DNA of 64,000 nt from an uncultured Candidatus Entotheonella sp. (GCA_965217185.1 OZ244252.1:640001-704000); one strand, 5' to 3'; positions 40,418 through 50,893 are shown, counted from the stretch's first letter. The notes: a model not told the origin generated them from the letters alone. Made by a program: numbers and translations.

Positions 40418-41587
40418 ATGTGGCCCTCGGCACAATCGATTCATCTCGTTGGCGTGGCGTTCGCGCTGTTGCACGTGCTCGCCGGCATCGCCGCCGGGCA
40501 GCCCTTTGTGGTGGCGCTTGGCGCCATCGGCGTGCTGCTGGCCTATGGCCTGTGGCGCCGCAGCGATTCCGTCCGCCTGGGGAGTATCGTGTTGCTGACG
40601 CTGTACGTGGTGGTGCGGCTGGTTCTGGGTGTGTTCGCCTGGCGCGGCGCGGGGGCGGCGGTGCAGGTGCCGAATATCGTGGCCATCCTCGGATCGTTGT
40701 ACCTGATTCTGGCCTTGGGGCGCCTGGGCGTGGCGTTCGCCAGCAAGCGCGACATGTGGCTGGGGGTGTTTATCTCGAATTACCTGCCGCTGCTGCCGTA
40801 CCTGTTTTTCGCCCTGTTCCCGTTGTACTTCATGATGGTTACGTCGCTGAAGACGGACAACGAGCTGTACGACCTGGAGGCGGTGCCGTTCTGGATCACC
40901 GGCGCCGGGTTCACGCTCGGCAACTACGGCTATCTGTTCGAGAAGACGCCGTACGTGGTGTGGCTGATCAATACGCTGAAGGTCTCCATCTGTGCCACGG
41001 CCATCTCGGTGGCGATTGCCATTCTGGCCGCCTACGCCCTGGCTCGCCTGCGCTTCCGGGGCGCCGAGACGTTCGGCGTGGCGGTGTTCGTGACGTATTT
41101 GGTGCCGCCCTCACTGCTGTTCCTGCCCCTGGCGCGGGTGGTCGATAGCCTGGGCTTGTCGGACCGCGCGCTGGCGCTGATTGTCACCTATCCAACCTTT
41201 CTGATCCCCTTCTGTACCTGGCTGCTGATGGGTTACTTCCGCACCATCCCCAAGGAAATCGAAGAATGCGCCATGATCGACGGCTGTAACCGCATCCAGG
41301 CCCTGTTGCGCATCGTCCTTCCCATGGCCGTGCCGGGCATCATCTGCGCGGTCCTATTCGGCTTTACCCTGTCCTGGAACGAGTTTCTCTACTCCCTGGT
41401 GTTCATCTCCACCACCGGCGCCAAAACTATCTCCGTAGGTGTCATTTCCGAGCTCATTCGGGGCGACATCTACTACTGGGGTCAACTCATGGCCGGCGCC
41501 ATGGTCGGTTCCGTCCCCATCGTCGTTGCCTACGTCTTCTTCATGGATTACTACGTCTCCGGCCTCACCGCAGGAGCGGTCAAGTAG
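40418..41587 (+). CDS. Carbohydrate ABC permease (MalG/UgpE-like) with extra N-terminal TM region
   Basis: EIEECAMIDG motif, SWNEFLY; ATG 40418 after GGAAAGGA. Confidence 0.85.
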   Translation: MWPSAQSIHLVGVAFALLHVLAGIAAGQPFVVALGAIGVLLAYGLWRRSDSVRLGSIVLLTLYVVVRLVLGVFAWRGAGAAVQVPNIVAILGSLYLILALGRLGVAFASKRDMWLGVFISNYLPLLPYLFFALFPLYFMMVTSLKTDNELYDLEAVPFWITGAGFTLGNYGYLFEKTPYVVWLINTLKVSICATAISVAIAILAAYALARLRFRGAETFGVAVFVTYLVPPSLLFLPLARVVDSLGLSDRALALIVTYPTFLIPFCTWLLMGYFRTIPKEIEECAMIDGCNRIQALLRIVLPMAVPGIICAVLFGFTLSWNEFLYSLVFISTTGAKTISVGVISELIRGDIYYWGQLMAGAMVGSVPIVVAYVFFMDYYVSGLTAGAVK

Positions 41588-41614
41588 GTCGGATTAGCGA
41601 AAGCGTAATCCGAC
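41584..41614 (+). repeat. GTAG-type REP, copy 1
   Basis: GTAGGTCGGATTAGCGAAAGCGTAATCCGAC; its TAG is the permease stop codon. Confidence 0.8.
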
Positions 41615-41690
41615 TTTCCTATCGGGCTCGGCCGCGGATCAAGCCCGGACTCCGGCTTCCACCGGAGTGATCGGGGATTCACCGAAGCGT

Positions 41691-43280
41691 CTACGACTGA
41701 GGCTTGATCCAGGCCGTTCGGTAGTCCTGCGGGGTGATGGCTTTTTCGAGGAGGGCGATGGTGTCGATGACGAGGGAGCGTTGGGGCTCGCTCAACTCGT
41801 GGCTGACCTCGTGGAGAATGTTGCGGACGATATTCCAGTTCTCGGTCAGCTTGAAGGACCTGACGTCAGCCTCCAGAGCCTCGACGAGCGTGGTGCATTG
41901 GCGCCGCAGGCCGGTGGGGTTCTTGCCGTCGCAGGTTTGGGCGAAAATGATGATGGCGGTCAGCCATATCTTGCCGCCCCAACCGGCCCATTGGATGCCG
42001 CGGCCGGCGGCTTGCCCGGCAGCCTGCCACTGCCGGGCGGCGAGGCGGGCAAAGGCCAGTGCGAGGTGATTGCTGACGTGGCCGGAGTAGCGTTCAATGG
42101 CGCCCTGAGCTTTCTTGACGGCATCGTCGAAGCGCCGTAACTGCACCAGAACACGGCTTTCGGCGGCCAGAAGATGGGCGTGGAACTTGACGGGGATGTT
42201 TGCCAGCCCATCCTCGTAGGCGTCAAGGGCTTGGTGCAGCGCCTTGTGTGCCTCTTCCGTTGAGGTGGTTTGGCTGGCTCGCCGTTGGTAGAGCGCGCCG
42301 CGTAGCCGGTAAATGTTGTAATCCTTGCGGTTCTTGCTCTGCACGGTGGCCAGGTCGCGGATCACGAGGTCTTCGTCCTCGGGCAGGCCGCGGCGGAAAT
42401 ATGCCTCGGCGCGGCTGACGAAGCATCCGACGTCTGCCGGATTGCGATTTAACCCTTCGGTGGCGAGTTCGATCGCATTCTCATAATTGCCGGTACGTGT
42501 TTCGAGATCGAGGAGCTGGTAACGCACGGCGCTGTTGTAGGGATTCAGTTCCAGCGCCTCACCCAACGTCTGCTTGGCGGTCTGCGGCTCCAACTCGCTC
42601 TGCACGGCACCCAGCGCCATGAGGTCCTCTTGCCGCCGTTCACCCCGCGCCTTGATCATCTGCAGCAGATGCGCCTCGGCGTCGGCATGGCGACCCAAGA
42701 CTTGTTCGCACTGAGCCACCAGGGACAGCTGCGTGACGTTATCCTCTGCGAGGCCGGCCAACAGGTGGGGTAAGGCTTCGGGGTAACGTTTGGCGCCGTG
42801 CAGCGCCTCGCCCAGCGCCCAGCGCCCGGCGCGGTGCTCGGGGTGCTGCGCCACGGCGCTTTGCAGTGCCTTGACGGCATCCTCGGGACGGCGTTGCCAC
42901 AACAGGATTTTGCCGGGCAGCAGCCATTCGTAGTGCGCCAGCGTCTCCTGCAGATCAGACACCGCCTGGCTGTTTTGCAAGGCTTTCTCGGTGACCCGCA
43001 CCAGCCGGTTATCCGTGCCGCTCCACCGCTCTTCGGTCACTTGCCCCTCGCTCAGCAGCAGTTTTTCCAGGTATTGGGTGCGGTAGAGCAGCACACCCAC
43101 CAGTGCTACGACCAGTAAGGCCGACAGGGTGAAGGGGGCTACGGAAGGGATGAGGTACGTGAGAGGATCGCTGCCCAATGCACTGGCAAGCGTGACCAAG
43201 GCTGTCAGGAACAACAGGATGAATTGAAGCCGCCGCATGATCCGCCTTATTAGGACTTGCATCCCCAATTGCCTATTCAC
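41691..43280 (-). CDS. Membrane-anchored TPR protein
   Basis: Two N-terminal TM segments then repeated A/L/G helical motifs (EALELNPYN, AEAYFRRG). Confidence 0.8.
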   Translation of the reverse strand: MNRQLGMQVLIRRIMRRLQFILLFLTALVTLASALGSDPLTYLIPSVAPFTLSALLVVALVGVLLYRTQYLEKLLLSEGQVTEERWSGTDNRLVRVTEKALQNSQAVSDLQETLAHYEWLLPGKILLWQRRPEDAVKALQSAVAQHPEHRAGRWALGEALHGAKRYPEALPHLLAGLAEDNVTQLSLVAQCEQVLGRHADAEAHLLQMIKARGERRQEDLMALGAVQSELEPQTAKQTLGEALELNPYNSAVRYQLLDLETRTGNYENAIELATEGLNRNPADVGCFVSRAEAYFRRGLPEDEDLVIRDLATVQSKNRKDYNIYRLRGALYQRRASQTTSTEEAHKALHQALDAYEDGLANIPVKFHAHLLAAESRVLVQLRRFDDAVKKAQGAIERYSGHVSNHLALAFARLAARQWQAAGQAAGRGIQWAGWGGKIWLTAIIIFAQTCDGKNPTGLRRQCTTLVEALEADVRSFKLTENWNIVRNILHEVSHELSEPQRSLVIDTIALLEKAITPQDYRTAWIKPQS

Positions 43281-43487
43281 GAATTGTCAAAAAAAACGTC
43301 TGGCTATTCTATCACACCGTTGTGCAGGTTCATACCACCCGGGCGGTTCAACCCTCGGCCGCAAGGTTGCTTTTTCTTTCCCTCGGGGGCGATTTTGATA
43401 TATGGTGACGGCAACGCGGCCACCCTATCGCGGTGAGGGGTGAGGCTGGCGAGTAGTGGCGTTTTACCCAACAGGAAGGAGCTTTGC

Positions 43488-44558
43488 ATGAGGCACATGG
43501 ATATTCGACGCATTGGACGGACCTGGGGCCTGCTTATTGCAGTCGGCCTTGCATTCGGCGCTACGGCCATGGCTCAGGATGCTATGCCGACGGGTGAGCC
43601 CGGCTTCCTGGCTGACGGGGCCGAGCTGGAAATGCTGGTGAACGGCAAAGACCACGGCATCGTATTCACCGAAGGCGCCGCCGTGAGTTGTGACGGCATG
43701 GTGTATTTCAGCGATATCACCTTCACCGCGGGTTCGAAGACGGCGCGCGGCGGGCTGCTGGCTGGAGTGATCTGGAAGTATGACCCGGGCACCGGGGACC
43801 TGAGCGTGTATCGCTCTCCCAGCGGCATGTCCAACGGCATCAAATTCGACGCCAATTGTGACATGGTAAATGCGGAAGGCGCCGACTACGGCGGTCGCCG
43901 CATTATCCGTACCAACATGAAGACGGGCGTGGCTGAAGTCATCGCCGGGTTGTTCCGCGGCCAGCCGTTCAACGCCCCCAACGACGTCAGCATCGACGAG
44001 CAGGGCCGCGTTTACTTCAGCGACCCGCGCTATCTCGGCCACGAGCCGGTCATGCAGGCCACCATGGCCGTCTATCGCATCGACACTGATGGCACGGTGT
44101 CCCGCGTGGTCACCGATGCCGGCAAGCCTAACGGCGTGGCGGTATCGCCGGATCAGAAATCACTCTACGTGGTGAGCAACGACAACGGCGCTCTGGACCT
44201 CTTCCGGCTCGATGAGGGCGAGGGCAGCGTGAAGGGCCGCATGGCGTTGATGGCCTATGACCTGGCGGCAGACGGCAGCGCCAAATTCCGCAAGATGCTC
44301 GTTGATTACGCCCCCGAGGACGGCCCCGACGGCCTGGTAATGGACACCGAGGGCAACCTGTGGGTAGCGGTGCGCGACACCTCCCGGCCGGGCATCTACG
44401 CCTACGATCCGGACGGCGTGGAGAAAGCCTACATCCCGACGCCGGTTCCCACCAACGTCGGCTTTGGCCGTGGTGACAACAGCAACATCCTCTATATCAC
44501 CGCCGCCAACAACCTCTACCGCATTACGGTTGGCAAGACCGGTTATCACTTGCCGTAA
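43488..44558 (+). CDS. SMP-30/gluconolactonase family exported protein
   Basis: FTEG, YFSD, NAPND, PNG, PDG, TNVGFG; AAGGAG RBS. Confidence 0.9.
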   Translation: MRHMDIRRIGRTWGLLIAVGLAFGATAMAQDAMPTGEPGFLADGAELEMLVNGKDHGIVFTEGAAVSCDGMVYFSDITFTAGSKTARGGLLAGVIWKYDPGTGDLSVYRSPSGMSNGIKFDANCDMVNAEGADYGGRRIIRTNMKTGVAEVIAGLFRGQPFNAPNDVSIDEQGRVYFSDPRYLGHEPVMQATMAVYRIDTDGTVSRVVTDAGKPNGVAVSPDQKSLYVVSNDNGALDLFRLDEGEGSVKGRMALMAYDLAADGSAKFRKMLVDYAPEDGPDGLVMDTEGNLWVAVRDTSRPGIYAYDPDGVEKAYIPTPVPTNVGFGRGDNSNILYITAANNLYRITVGKTGYHLP

Positions 44559-44589
44559 GTGACGACCGGCAAGCCGTTACGGCGCCCTG

Positions 44590-44631
44590 CTGCCACGATG
44601 CCCGCTCGCCGGGGGTCGTGGCAGTTTTTTT
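44590..44631 (+). terminator. Rho-independent terminator
   Basis: CTGCCACGA...TCGTGGCAG stem followed by T7. Confidence 0.75.
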
Positions 44632-44668
44632 GTATGCCCATCGGGCCGGGCGCAAGAGGAGAAAGCGG

Positions 44669-45268
44669 ATGTTCAGCGGCATTGTGGAAGAAACCGGCAC
44701 GGTTACACACCTTGAGGTGCGTTCCGGCGGCGCCACCTGCACGGTGCGGGCGCAGGTCGTGCTGGATGACGTCAAGATCGGCGATTCGATTGCCATCAAC
44801 GGCGCCTGCCTGACCGTGGTGCAGTTCGACGCCACCAGCTTTACGGTGGAATTGGCCCCCGAAACGCTGCGGAAAACGGCGCTCGGAGAGGTGCGCAGCG
44901 GCGACGACGTGAACCTCGAGCGTTCTCTGGCAGCCAACGGCCGCATCGGCGGCCACGTGGTGCAGGGGCACGTCGACGCCACCGCGGAGATCGTCGCCAT
45001 GCAGCCGGACGGCGAGGGCGTGCTGGCGACGTTCCGGGCGCCGGAGTCCCTGCTGCCCTACATCGTCTCCAAGGGCTACGTGGCCGTTGACGGCATGAGC
45101 CTGACGGTCGTCGATACCGGTCCGGATTGGTTCAGCATATCGTTTATCTCGCATACCCGGGCGGTGACCAGCGTGCGTCACTACGCGCCCGGGCGCCGTG
45201 TGAATCTCGAGGTCGACGTGCTGGGGAAATACGTTGAAAAACTCCTGGCGCACCGGACCGGGAGTTGA
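44669..45268 (+). CDS. ribE: Riboflavin synthase (alpha chain)
   Basis: MFSGIVEE, GDSIAINGACLTV, VNLERSL, GGHVVQGHVD, VNLEVD. Confidence 0.95.
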   Translation: MFSGIVEETGTVTHLEVRSGGATCTVRAQVVLDDVKIGDSIAINGACLTVVQFDATSFTVELAPETLRKTALGEVRSGDDVNLERSLAANGRIGGHVVQGHVDATAEIVAMQPDGEGVLATFRAPESLLPYIVSKGYVAVDGMSLTVVDTGPDWFSISFISHTRAVTSVRHYAPGRRVNLEVDVLGKYVEKLLAHRTGS

Positions 45269-46440
45269 TGAAGGGGAAAGTTGTGGATTGGGCTAAACGT
45301 TTCTTGTGGCTTCCATTGGTTGTTGTCCTGCTGCTGGCCGGCCCGCTCGCGGCCGAGGAACCGACGCCCCTGACAGCAGTTCTGCCCGCCGGCGAGGTTG
45401 CCACGATTGCCTGCTTGTCGCCGTACGGCGCGCGCCAAAACGTGCCGGACTGGCCGCCGGACGGCATCTTTCACTACCGGCTCTACCTGCCGAGCGACTA
45501 CCACGAACAACCCGCCCGCCAGTACCCGCTCATGTTCATCGCTTCACCCGCCGGCGAGGCGCGTATGGGCCGCATGGCCGAACGCCTCACACGGGACCGC
45601 TGGGTGGTGGCGATGCTGGCCGAGTCGCGCAACCGTTCCGTGCTGTGGTATCCCAATTTCATGGCGACGTACAACGACGTGCTGAAGCGCGCGCGGGTGC
45701 ACCCGGAGATGCTGTTTTGCACCGGCTTTTCCGGCGGCGCGCGGGTGTGCAGCCACTACCCAAGCATTCGCCCCGGTTTTCAGGGCCTGATCCTGCAAGG
45801 GGCCGGCTATTCCGGGCGCGCCTGGGTGCTGACGCGCAGCAACGCCCGCGTTACGGTGTACGGCCTCTTTGGCGCCCGCGACCCGAATCGCCGCGAGGCG
45901 CGCCGCATTCGCCGCGCCCTGCCGCTGCATACCCGAAGCTTGGTGGAAATCTGGGACGGCGGGCACGAATGGGCACCGGCGCCGGCATTTGAGCGGGCGC
46001 TCGATTGGGCCGAGGATAAGACCCTCCTGGAAGCCGAGTACGACGCCGGCCGCGCCGACGTGTATACGTGGTATTTCATGAACAAGCTGGCGCGTTTTGA
46101 GAGGGCGACGAGCGACGTCGAGCGCTACGTACTGCGCCGCCTGCTGAAGACGCTCCCGGAGCGCTGGCACCTGGAGCTTGACGACGCCACCCGCGAACGC
46201 TTTCAAGCCGTCGATACCGCCCTGCGGGCGTTCTCTGAGGACGACACCCTGCAGCGCGAGATCGCGGCGCACGACGCCTTTGACAAGGCACTGCGCGCCG
46301 ACGAGGCGCAGCGGGTCGGCGACTTGTCCGAGATCATTCAGCAGTACGGGGAAATCACCGAACGCTACCCCAACACCCAATTCGGCCAGCGCGCCCTGGT
46401 ACGGCAGCAATCGGTGCACTGGGAAATGGGGGCGCCTTAG
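45268..46440 (+). CDS. Exported alpha/beta-hydrolase-like protein
   Basis: Signal peptide, YRLYLP, TGFSGGA nucleophile elbow, GGHEW. Confidence 0.65.
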   Translation: MKGKVVDWAKRFLWLPLVVVLLLAGPLAAEEPTPLTAVLPAGEVATIACLSPYGARQNVPDWPPDGIFHYRLYLPSDYHEQPARQYPLMFIASPAGEARMGRMAERLTRDRWVVAMLAESRNRSVLWYPNFMATYNDVLKRARVHPEMLFCTGFSGGARVCSHYPSIRPGFQGLILQGAGYSGRAWVLTRSNARVTVYGLFGARDPNRREARRIRRALPLHTRSLVEIWDGGHEWAPAPAFERALDWAEDKTLLEAEYDAGRADVYTWYFMNKLARFERATSDVERYVLRRLLKTLPERWHLELDDATRERFQAVDTALRAFSEDDTLQREIAAHDAFDKALRADEAQRVGDLSEIIQQYGEITERYPNTQFGQRALVRQQSVHWEMGAP

Positions 46441-46454
46441 CGGCGGGCGAAAAT

Positions 46455-46490
46455 GTAGGTCGGATTAGCCGAAGCGTAATCCGACATTCC
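46455..46490 (+). repeat. GTAG-type REP, copy 2
   Basis: GTAGGTCGGATTAGCCGAAGCGTAATCCGACATTCC. Confidence 0.8.
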
Positions 46491-46499
46491 ACTGCTGCT

Positions 46500-46537
46500 C
46501 CCTCTCCCCACGGAGGGAGAGGGTTGGGGTGAGGGGG
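46500..46537. repeat. CCCTCTCCC palindromic element, copy 2
   Basis: CCCTCTCCC-CACGGA-GGGAGAGGG TTGGGGTGAGGGGG. Confidence 0.75.
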
Positions 46538-46588
46538 AAATCGAAGGTGCGGCACTACTAAACGACGTACACAGGAAGACAATTCGAA

Positions 46589-49453
46589 ATGCCCATGACA
46601 CCCGGCGCCTTTATCGCCAAGTGGCGCGCCTCAGAGCTCAAGGAGCGCTCCGCGTCGCAGGAGCATTTCATCGACCTGTGCCGACTGCTGGATGAGCCGA
46701 CCCCCGCCGATGCCGACCCGACCGGCGAGCACTACTGCTTCGAGCGCGGCGCCCGCAAGGACAGCGGCGGCGACGGCTGGGCCGACGTGTGGAAACGGCA
46801 TCACTTCGCCTGGGAATACAAAGGCAAGCACGCCAACCTCGACGCCGCCTTCAACCAGTTGCGGCAATACGCCTTGGCCCTTGAAAACCCGCCGCTGCTG
46901 ATCGTCTCCGACATGGCGCGCTTCCGCATCCGCACCAACTGGACCAACAGCGTCAGCGAATCGCACGAATTCACCCTGGACGACCTCGCCGACGCAGCCA
47001 TCCGCGACAAGCTCAAGTGGGCTGTGTCCGACCCCGAACGGCTGCGGCCGGGCGAGAGCCGCCAGGCGCTCACCGAGCGCGCCGCGGCGACCTTCGCGGC
47101 GCTGGCGCAGTCGTTGCGAGAACGCGGCCACGAACCGCAGGCGGTGGCGCATTTCGTCAACCGGCTCGTCTTCTGCATGTTCGCCGAGGACGTCGGCTTG
47201 CTGCGCGACAACATGTTCACGCGCATGCTGGAACGGGCGCGCCTTCGGCCAGAGAGGTTTAGCAACATGGCTCGCACCCTGTTTGGAGCCATGGCAACGG
47301 GGGGTGAGATCGGTTTCGAGACGGTCGATTGGTTCAACGGCGGATTGTTTGATGACGACACGGCCTTGCCGTTGAACAAGACCGAGATTGAAACCACCCT
47401 CAAGGCATCGGCGCTCGACTGGTCGGAGATTGACCCCTCCATCCTGGGCACGCTGTTCGAGCGCGGCCTCGACCCGAGCAAGCGCTCGCAGCTTGGCGCC
47501 CACTACACCGACCGTGACAAGATCATGCGCATCATCGAGCCGGTGGTGATTCGCCCGTGGCTGGCTGAGTGGGAGACGGCGAAAATCCGCATCGTGTCCA
47601 GCCTGGACAGGCAAGCAGCCGCCCGGTCAGCGCCTGCGCAGAGCAGACAACGCCGGGAGGCCGAGCGGTTGCTGGGCGACTTTCTCAAACGGCTGCGCGC
47701 CTTCACGGTGCTCGACCCTGCCTGCGGTTCGGGCAACTTCCTGTATCTGGCGCTGCAGGTGCTCAAGGACCTGGAGCACCGGGTGCAGTTGGAGGCCGAA
47801 GCGCTGGGGCTTCCCCGCGCCTTTCCCGAGACTGGCCCGGCCAACGTCAAGGGGATCGAGATCAACCCGTACGCTGCGGAGCTGGCCCGCGTCTCGGTGT
47901 GGATCGGTGAGATTCAGTGGATGCGCCGCAACGGTTTTGCCGGCTCCCGCGATCCGATTCTGAAGCCGTTGGACACCATCGAATGCCGCGACGCGGTGCT
48001 GTCGCCGGAGGGCTGCGAACCGGAATGGCCGGCGGCGGACGTGGTGGTGGGCAACCCGCCGTTTCTTGGTAGCCAGCGTTTTCGGACTGTTCTTGGTGAT
48101 TCTTATACGGAAAGATTGCGAGTGGCGTATGAGAGTCGGGTTCCGGGTAGCGCGGATTTAGTCTGCTTTTGGTTCAGCAAGGCAGGCAAGCTGGTGGCAG
48201 AGGGAAAAATTTGCCGCGTTGGTCTCGTTGCTACCAATTCGATTCGCAGTGGCGCAAGCCGCCAAGCCCTTGAGGTTGCTGTCCAAAACTGCTCCATATT
48301 TGAGGCCTGGAGCGATGAACCTTGGGTGACTGAGGGAGCTGCAGTACGAGTTTCCCTCGTATGTTTCTCGCAAAGTGGGGATCAATCACTGTCAGAACGA
48401 CGGCTAGACGGGCAGCCGGTAGACGAAATCTACTCCGATTTGACCGCCGGTCTTGGCAAAACTGGAGTTGATCTGACGAAAGCTCGGCAGATTCTGAAAA
48501 ACACCGGAATCAGCTTTCAGGGTCCAGTCAAGGTCGGTCCATTCGATATTCCCGGTGAACTTGCTCGGGAATGGCTTCAGCTCCCCGCGAATCCAAACAG
48601 ACGACCCAACTCCGACGTGTTGAAACCCTGGATCAACGGCATGGATATTACCCGACGACCCACTGGTAGATGGATTATCGACTTCGCTCAAATGTCGGAG
48701 ACAGAAGCTTGCTTCTACGAAGAACCGTTCCGATATGTGAGGAATCATGTTTACCCGGTACGGCGAGAGAATAATCGTAAGAGGCGTCGGATTTATTGGT
48801 GGCAACATGGAGAGACAAACCCGGGTATGTGGGGGGCCCTCAGTCGGCTGTCTCGCTACATTGCTACTTCACGCATTGCAAAGCATCGAGCATTCGTCTG
48901 GTGTGATGTTCGGGTGTGTCCAGATACACGAATAGTTGTGATTGCGCGCGACGACGCTACTACTTTTGGCATCCTGCATAGCCGCTTTCATGAGGCGTGG
49001 TCGCTTCGGCTCGGTAGTAGCTTGGAAGATCGTCCATTCTATACGCCAACGACTACCTTCGAGACCTTCCCGTTTCCCGAAGGGCTGTCCCCCGACATCC
49101 CCGTTTTGGCGTACGCAGACGACCCGCGCGCCATCGGCATTGCCGAGGCCGCACGGCGACTGGTCGAGCTGCGCGACCGCTGGCTCAACCCGCCCGAATG
49201 GGTGGAATGGATCGACGAGCCGGTCCCTGGCTATCCCAAACGCCCGGTGCCCCGAGACGAAGCCGCCGCCAAGGAACTCAAGAAACGCACCCTGACCAAC
49301 CTCTACAACACCCGCCCGCAATGGCTTGCCGATGCACATGCTGCTCTTGATGCCGCAGTCGCCGTGGCCTATGGGTGGCCGGTAGACATTTCCGAGGACG
49401 AAGCGCTGCGGGAGTTGTTGGGGCTTAATTTGGGGAATTATATACTTGACTAA
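46589..49453 (+). CDS. MmeI/YeeA-like single-chain restriction-modification enzyme
   Basis: N-terminal AD..EYK nuclease-like motif, GAHYT, LDPACGSGNFL, GNPPF, TLTNLYN. Confidence 0.88.
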   Translation: MPMTPGAFIAKWRASELKERSASQEHFIDLCRLLDEPTPADADPTGEHYCFERGARKDSGGDGWADVWKRHHFAWEYKGKHANLDAAFNQLRQYALALENPPLLIVSDMARFRIRTNWTNSVSESHEFTLDDLADAAIRDKLKWAVSDPERLRPGESRQALTERAAATFAALAQSLRERGHEPQAVAHFVNRLVFCMFAEDVGLLRDNMFTRMLERARLRPERFSNMARTLFGAMATGGEIGFETVDWFNGGLFDDDTALPLNKTEIETTLKASALDWSEIDPSILGTLFERGLDPSKRSQLGAHYTDRDKIMRIIEPVVIRPWLAEWETAKIRIVSSLDRQAAARSAPAQSRQRREAERLLGDFLKRLRAFTVLDPACGSGNFLYLALQVLKDLEHRVQLEAEALGLPRAFPETGPANVKGIEINPYAAELARVSVWIGEIQWMRRNGFAGSRDPILKPLDTIECRDAVLSPEGCEPEWPAADVVVGNPPFLGSQRFRTVLGDSYTERLRVAYESRVPGSADLVCFWFSKAGKLVAEGKICRVGLVATNSIRSGASRQALEVAVQNCSIFEAWSDEPWVTEGAAVRVSLVCFSQSGDQSLSERRLDGQPVDEIYSDLTAGLGKTGVDLTKARQILKNTGISFQGPVKVGPFDIPGELAREWLQLPANPNRRPNSDVLKPWINGMDITRRPTGRWIIDFAQMSETEACFYEEPFRYVRNHVYPVRRENNRKRRRIYWWQHGETNPGMWGALSRLSRYIATSRIAKHRAFVWCDVRVCPDTRIVVIARDDATTFGILHSRFHEAWSLRLGSSLEDRPFYTPTTTFETFPFPEGLSPDIPVLAYADDPRAIGIAEAARRLVELRDRWLNPPEWVEWIDEPVPGYPKRPVPRDEAAAKELKKRTLTNLYNTRPQWLADAHAALDAAVAVAYGWPVDISEDEALRELLGLNLGNYILD

Positions 49454-49514
49454 CATAGCCCGTCCATGTTAGGATTGTCACGAAATAAACAATCACTCAT
49501 GGAAAGGGCAAGTC

Positions 49515-50477
49515 ATGGCAAAGGCACCCGGCAAATCGCACCGCAAGGGCATCACCCTTGCACAACTCTTGAAGCAGTATCCCGACGATGCCAGCGCTGA
49601 AAAAGCGTTTGTTGCTCGACGTTGGCCGAATGGCATGACCTGTCCGCATTGCGGTGATATGGACATCCAAGAGCGCACCACGCACCCCGAAATGCCATAT
49701 CGCTGCCGTGGCTGCAAGAAGTTCTTCTCCGCCAAAACCGGAACCGTGATGCAAGGATCGAAGATCGGCTATCAGGCATGGCTCATCGCCATGTACTCGC
49801 TGCTGACGAACCTCAAGGGTACGAGCAGCATGAAACTTCACCGCGACCTGGGCATCACGCAAAAATCAGCTTGGCACTTGGCACACCGAATCCGGGAAGC
49901 CTGGGCTGACAAGCAAGCACCGTTCGCCGGGCCGGTTGAAGTGGATGAGACGTTTGTAGGCGGGCTGGAAGGAAACAAGCACGGCAACAAGAAGCTGCGG
50001 GCCGGTCGCGGCACGGTGGGCAAGACCGCGGTTGCCGGTGTGCGGGATCGGGAGACTGGCAAGGTACAGGCGGCCGTTGTGGCGAGTACCGACAAAGAGA
50101 CGCTGCAAGGCTTCGTGCAGGGCAACATCGTTGAAGGGGCGACGATCTACAGCGATGACGCCTCAGCTTATGACGGCCTGCCGAACCATGAAACCGTGAA
50201 GCACAGTGTCGGCGAGTACGTGCGGCAGCAGCTTCACACCAACGGCGTCGAGAGCTTTTGGGCCATGTTCAAACGCGGGCAGAAAGGCGTCTACCACAAG
50301 ACGAGTCCGAAGCACTTGCGCCGGTACGTTACGGAGTTCGTCGGCAGGCACAACAAGCGCCCACTTGATACGGACGATCAAATGGGCGCTCTGGTGTGTG
50401 GGATGGAAGGGAGACGGCTGAAGTACGCTGAATTCATCGCCGACAACGGTTTGGAATCAGGAGCGCGGAGCGCCTAG
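49515..50477 (+). CDS. IS1595-family transposase
   Basis: Zn ribbon CPHC...CRGC, HTH region, VEVDET, YSDD, HTNGVESFW, HLRRYVTEF. Confidence 0.93.
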   Translation: MAKAPGKSHRKGITLAQLLKQYPDDASAEKAFVARRWPNGMTCPHCGDMDIQERTTHPEMPYRCRGCKKFFSAKTGTVMQGSKIGYQAWLIAMYSLLTNLKGTSSMKLHRDLGITQKSAWHLAHRIREAWADKQAPFAGPVEVDETFVGGLEGNKHGNKKLRAGRGTVGKTAVAGVRDRETGKVQAAVVASTDKETLQGFVQGNIVEGATIYSDDASAYDGLPNHETVKHSVGEYVRQQLHTNGVESFWAMFKRGQKGVYHKTSPKHLRRYVTEFVGRHNKRPLDTDDQMGALVCGMEGRRLKYAEFIADNGLESGARSA

Positions 50478-50480
50478 TCG

Positions 50481-50694
50481 TTACCCGCGAAGGACAGCCT
50501 TCTTGATTAAGGCGATGTCATCCTTCATGGACGATATGCCGCTCTTTATTGTAGCAAGGTCATCTTCCACCCGCGCTAGGCGACTCTCTACCCGACCTAA
50601 GCGATCCTCTTATACGTCTTTGGCCATCACGAAGCGCAGTCAAGTCTTCATAGACTTGTGCCATGCTGACAGGATCATCAGCCGCCTGTACCAT
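50481..50694 (-). pseudogene. Frameshifted small coiled-coil gene
   Basis: MVQAADD...GQRRI then +1 shift to EDRLGRVESRLARVEDDL...AVLRG*; GGAGG RBS. Confidence 0.6.
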
Positions 50695-50893
50695 GCTCGC
50701 CTCCCTCCGTTTCATCTCGCCAGTTCGGTTTGATGTCGTCGAGGATCAGTTCATACAACTTGCGGTTGTACAGGATTCCGGCTTTTATCTCGCCGAAGCC
50801 AACTCTCATTTGCTCCTGTAGTTCCGCAATGGCCTCCCTGAACTCGCCCTTGGTGACGTAATCCCCATCATCCCGTCTGGTTGCTTGCACCAT
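50678..50893 (-). CDS. Small coiled-coil-like hypothetical protein, 71 aa
   Basis: YVTKGEFREAIAELQEQM; overlaps neighbours in operon fashion. Confidence 0.6.
   Translation of the reverse strand: MVQATRRDDGDYVTKGEFREAIAELQEQMRVGFGEIKAGILYNRKLYELILDDIKPNWRDETEGGEHGTGG

Noticed and set aside
44559..44668. FMN riboswitch upstream of ribE
   Set aside because: Region is short, lacks RFN consensus and is explained by a terminator
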